A stretch of DNA of 63,796 nt, the filler included, from Polymyxa betae A26-41 (taxonomy: Eukaryota > Protista > Endomyxa: Phytomyxea), in NCBI GenBank assembly GCA_003693705.1. It is 8 parts of 8 records of this genome, joined end to end, with 100 filler letters (N's around TTAATTAATTAA, not from the genome) between each part and the next. Parts side by side here need not be neighbours in the genome. Positions count along the whole stretch, not along the records: positions 60,880 to 63,796 come from RBZT01000518.1; 7 more parts are not named here. One strand, 5' to 3'. A model generated the notes under the pieces. It made no database searches. It had not been told where the DNA came from and worked only from the letters and a program-made list of their open reading frames with translations. The position numbers and the translations under genes were made by a program. Position 1 is the first letter of the stretch. Every line of letters begins with the position of its first letter. Positions 62,107 through 63,796 of this stretch are shown piece by piece.

Positions 62107-63552
62107 TGTCATAGGACGAAACTGTTGTGCTACGTAAGAAAGAGGCGAAGAAACGAGCAGATGAGACCTCGCTCTGTATTAGAAAGGAGAATGAAAAGAA
62201 AAGAGAAACAGGACAAGAACACGTGACCTAGCACACAGTCACAGTGCAGCAAGAAGATCAGGAAGGCTGCGGTCCAGTACGGCATCTACGTGCTGGTCCA
62301 CGACCTAGGGCTCTAGGGTTTAGGGTTTGTGGTGGCACCACATCACCCCCTCCCGAGATGGGATGCAAGCCCGATTTGACCCGCGCCCAGTAGTCTGCGA
62401 TGATCTGGTTGTCGTCGAAGTTTGTGGCGGGCTCCCAGGAGCTTTCGTCGTCAGGAAGATGTTTCCAGCGAACCAGGTATTGGCGCTTTGAAGGTGGTCC
62501 ACGGTGATCGAGAATGCGGTCGACAACTAGAGAAACAGGATCTTGGTTGGGATCCTTTGAAATAAGCTTTAGCTGCGACGGAGCAACAGAACGTGGGTAC
62601 AAAGTGTGGTCGCGATCTAGTAAGCGATAACTGCCGCCTCGGCTTTTTTTCCAGTACTTTGAAGGGACCTTCATAGTAAGCTCGGTTTTTGTTAGCACGA
62701 GTCGGGTCATGCACCATAACGTATGAGCCAACAGGAAAGGGTTCCTTGAGGATGCGTTTGGCCTTGGCGAAGTTGACGATGGCTTTAGCTGCATTGCCAG
62801 AATCCTTCTCGTAAATAGCTGGGAACAAAACGTCAGTGGACCTTGAAGAACGGTTACGCAGATGCTGATAGCCTTCATAGAAAGAGGAAGAATCCAACAG
62901 TTCCGCAGTCTTGGGATCTGAGTAATCGACAAAGGGATTGAGCTTCCGCCCAAACATGACGCGAAAAGGGGCAGAATTATGAATAGCGGCGATCTTCGAA
63001 TTCATATAAAGTTGTACACATCGGACAAACCGATCCCATTGGCGATCCTCGCCTTCTAAAAGTTTGTGGATAGCTCGACAGGAAGTTTGAACAAAACGTT
63101 CAGCTAGTCCGTTGGCCTGAGGTTGGTACTTCGTTATAAGGCGATGATCGATTCCAGTCTCTTTCGTCATAAGACGCATAAGTTGGTTGACAAATTCGGT
63201 GCCATTGTCAGATTGTATAATTCTCGGGAATCCGAAATCGCAGAAAATGTTAAAGAGAGCTCCGACGGTAGATGCCGCTGTCTTGTCGGGTAGAGCGCGT
63301 AAAAAGCAAAAACGTGTGTGAACACAGACAACGATTAAGAGAACATTCATACCGCGTTCCGATGTCGGGAAAGAGAGTGCGGTGTCGATGGCAATGTGGT
63401 CCATCGGCATGGAAGCTGTAATCGGTGTGAGCGGATGGAATCCTTTCTGAGCGATATTATGCCGTTGACAGGATGTTCATCGCCGAATATACTCCCGTAC
63501 GTCGCTCGACATTGACGGCCAGACTTGTTTCGCGGCGATAAGACGTGTGACT
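62107..63552 (-). mobile_element. 3' part of a chromovirus: integrase, chromodomain, PPT and 3' LTR (62107-62342)
   Basis: HIAIDT...IQSDNGTEFVN...QANGLAERFVQT, YEGPFKV, VDRILDHRG...YLVRWK...SWEP; PPT GGGAGGGGG before the TG...CA LTR. Confidence 0.9.
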
Positions 63553-63796
63553 TGTCATGCCCATTGAGCATGACAGTACTCGCAGCCGCCCAGCCGACCA
63601 CCAGGCAGTCGTACTGGCCCTTCCTGAGGGGCTGCGCAGAGGGCTGCGCCCCTGCTGGCGATTCCTATAGGGGAAGAGCCCTAACTGTCACGGACTGCGC
63701 GGGTCCCCTCGTCTCCCTACTATGAATGGCGAGGAGCGGCCTCCACGCAACCATTCCGATCAACTCCAAAATTCATACGTTTCTCATCTCGTCTCC
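63553..63796 (+). mobile_element. LTR of a second family inserted in the integrase zinc-finger region; runs off the window
   Basis: Near-identical to 37745-37859; starts TGTCATG and truncates the integrase H2C2 region. Confidence 0.8.

Overview
Eukaryotic (protist-like) genomic DNA with many short GT-AG introns and TTTAGGG-type repeat motifs. A phytomyxid or similar plant-parasitic protist is my inference, not something the sequence proves. The window is several contigs joined by seven artificial 100-bp N44-TTAATTAATTAA-N44 linkers, so adjacency across linkers is unreliable. 1-14 kb is gene-dense: tRNA-Ala(TGC), RVB2/RUVBL2, phenylalanyl-tRNA synthetase beta, and two secreted proteins (laminin-B-like and discoidin-like). 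16-27.5 kb is a transposon graveyard. It holds a Ty3/gypsy element inserted in a plant-type mariner, and a four-level nest: DIRS-type tyrosine recombinase < pogo < full-length chromovirus < solo LTR. The rest carries two PD-(D/E)xK-like paralogues, a LINE RNase H relic, a MITE, several solo LTRs with target-site duplications (TSDs), candidate secreted effectors, tRNA-Asp(GTC), a partial LUC7, a Harbinger remnant and a chromoviral integrase. The most unusual signal is a set of short introns carrying a doubled telomeric repeat (AAACCCT)x2 on the sense strand at the branch-point position, including three consecutive, frame-consistent introns of one gene. All calls were made by eye; no searches were run.
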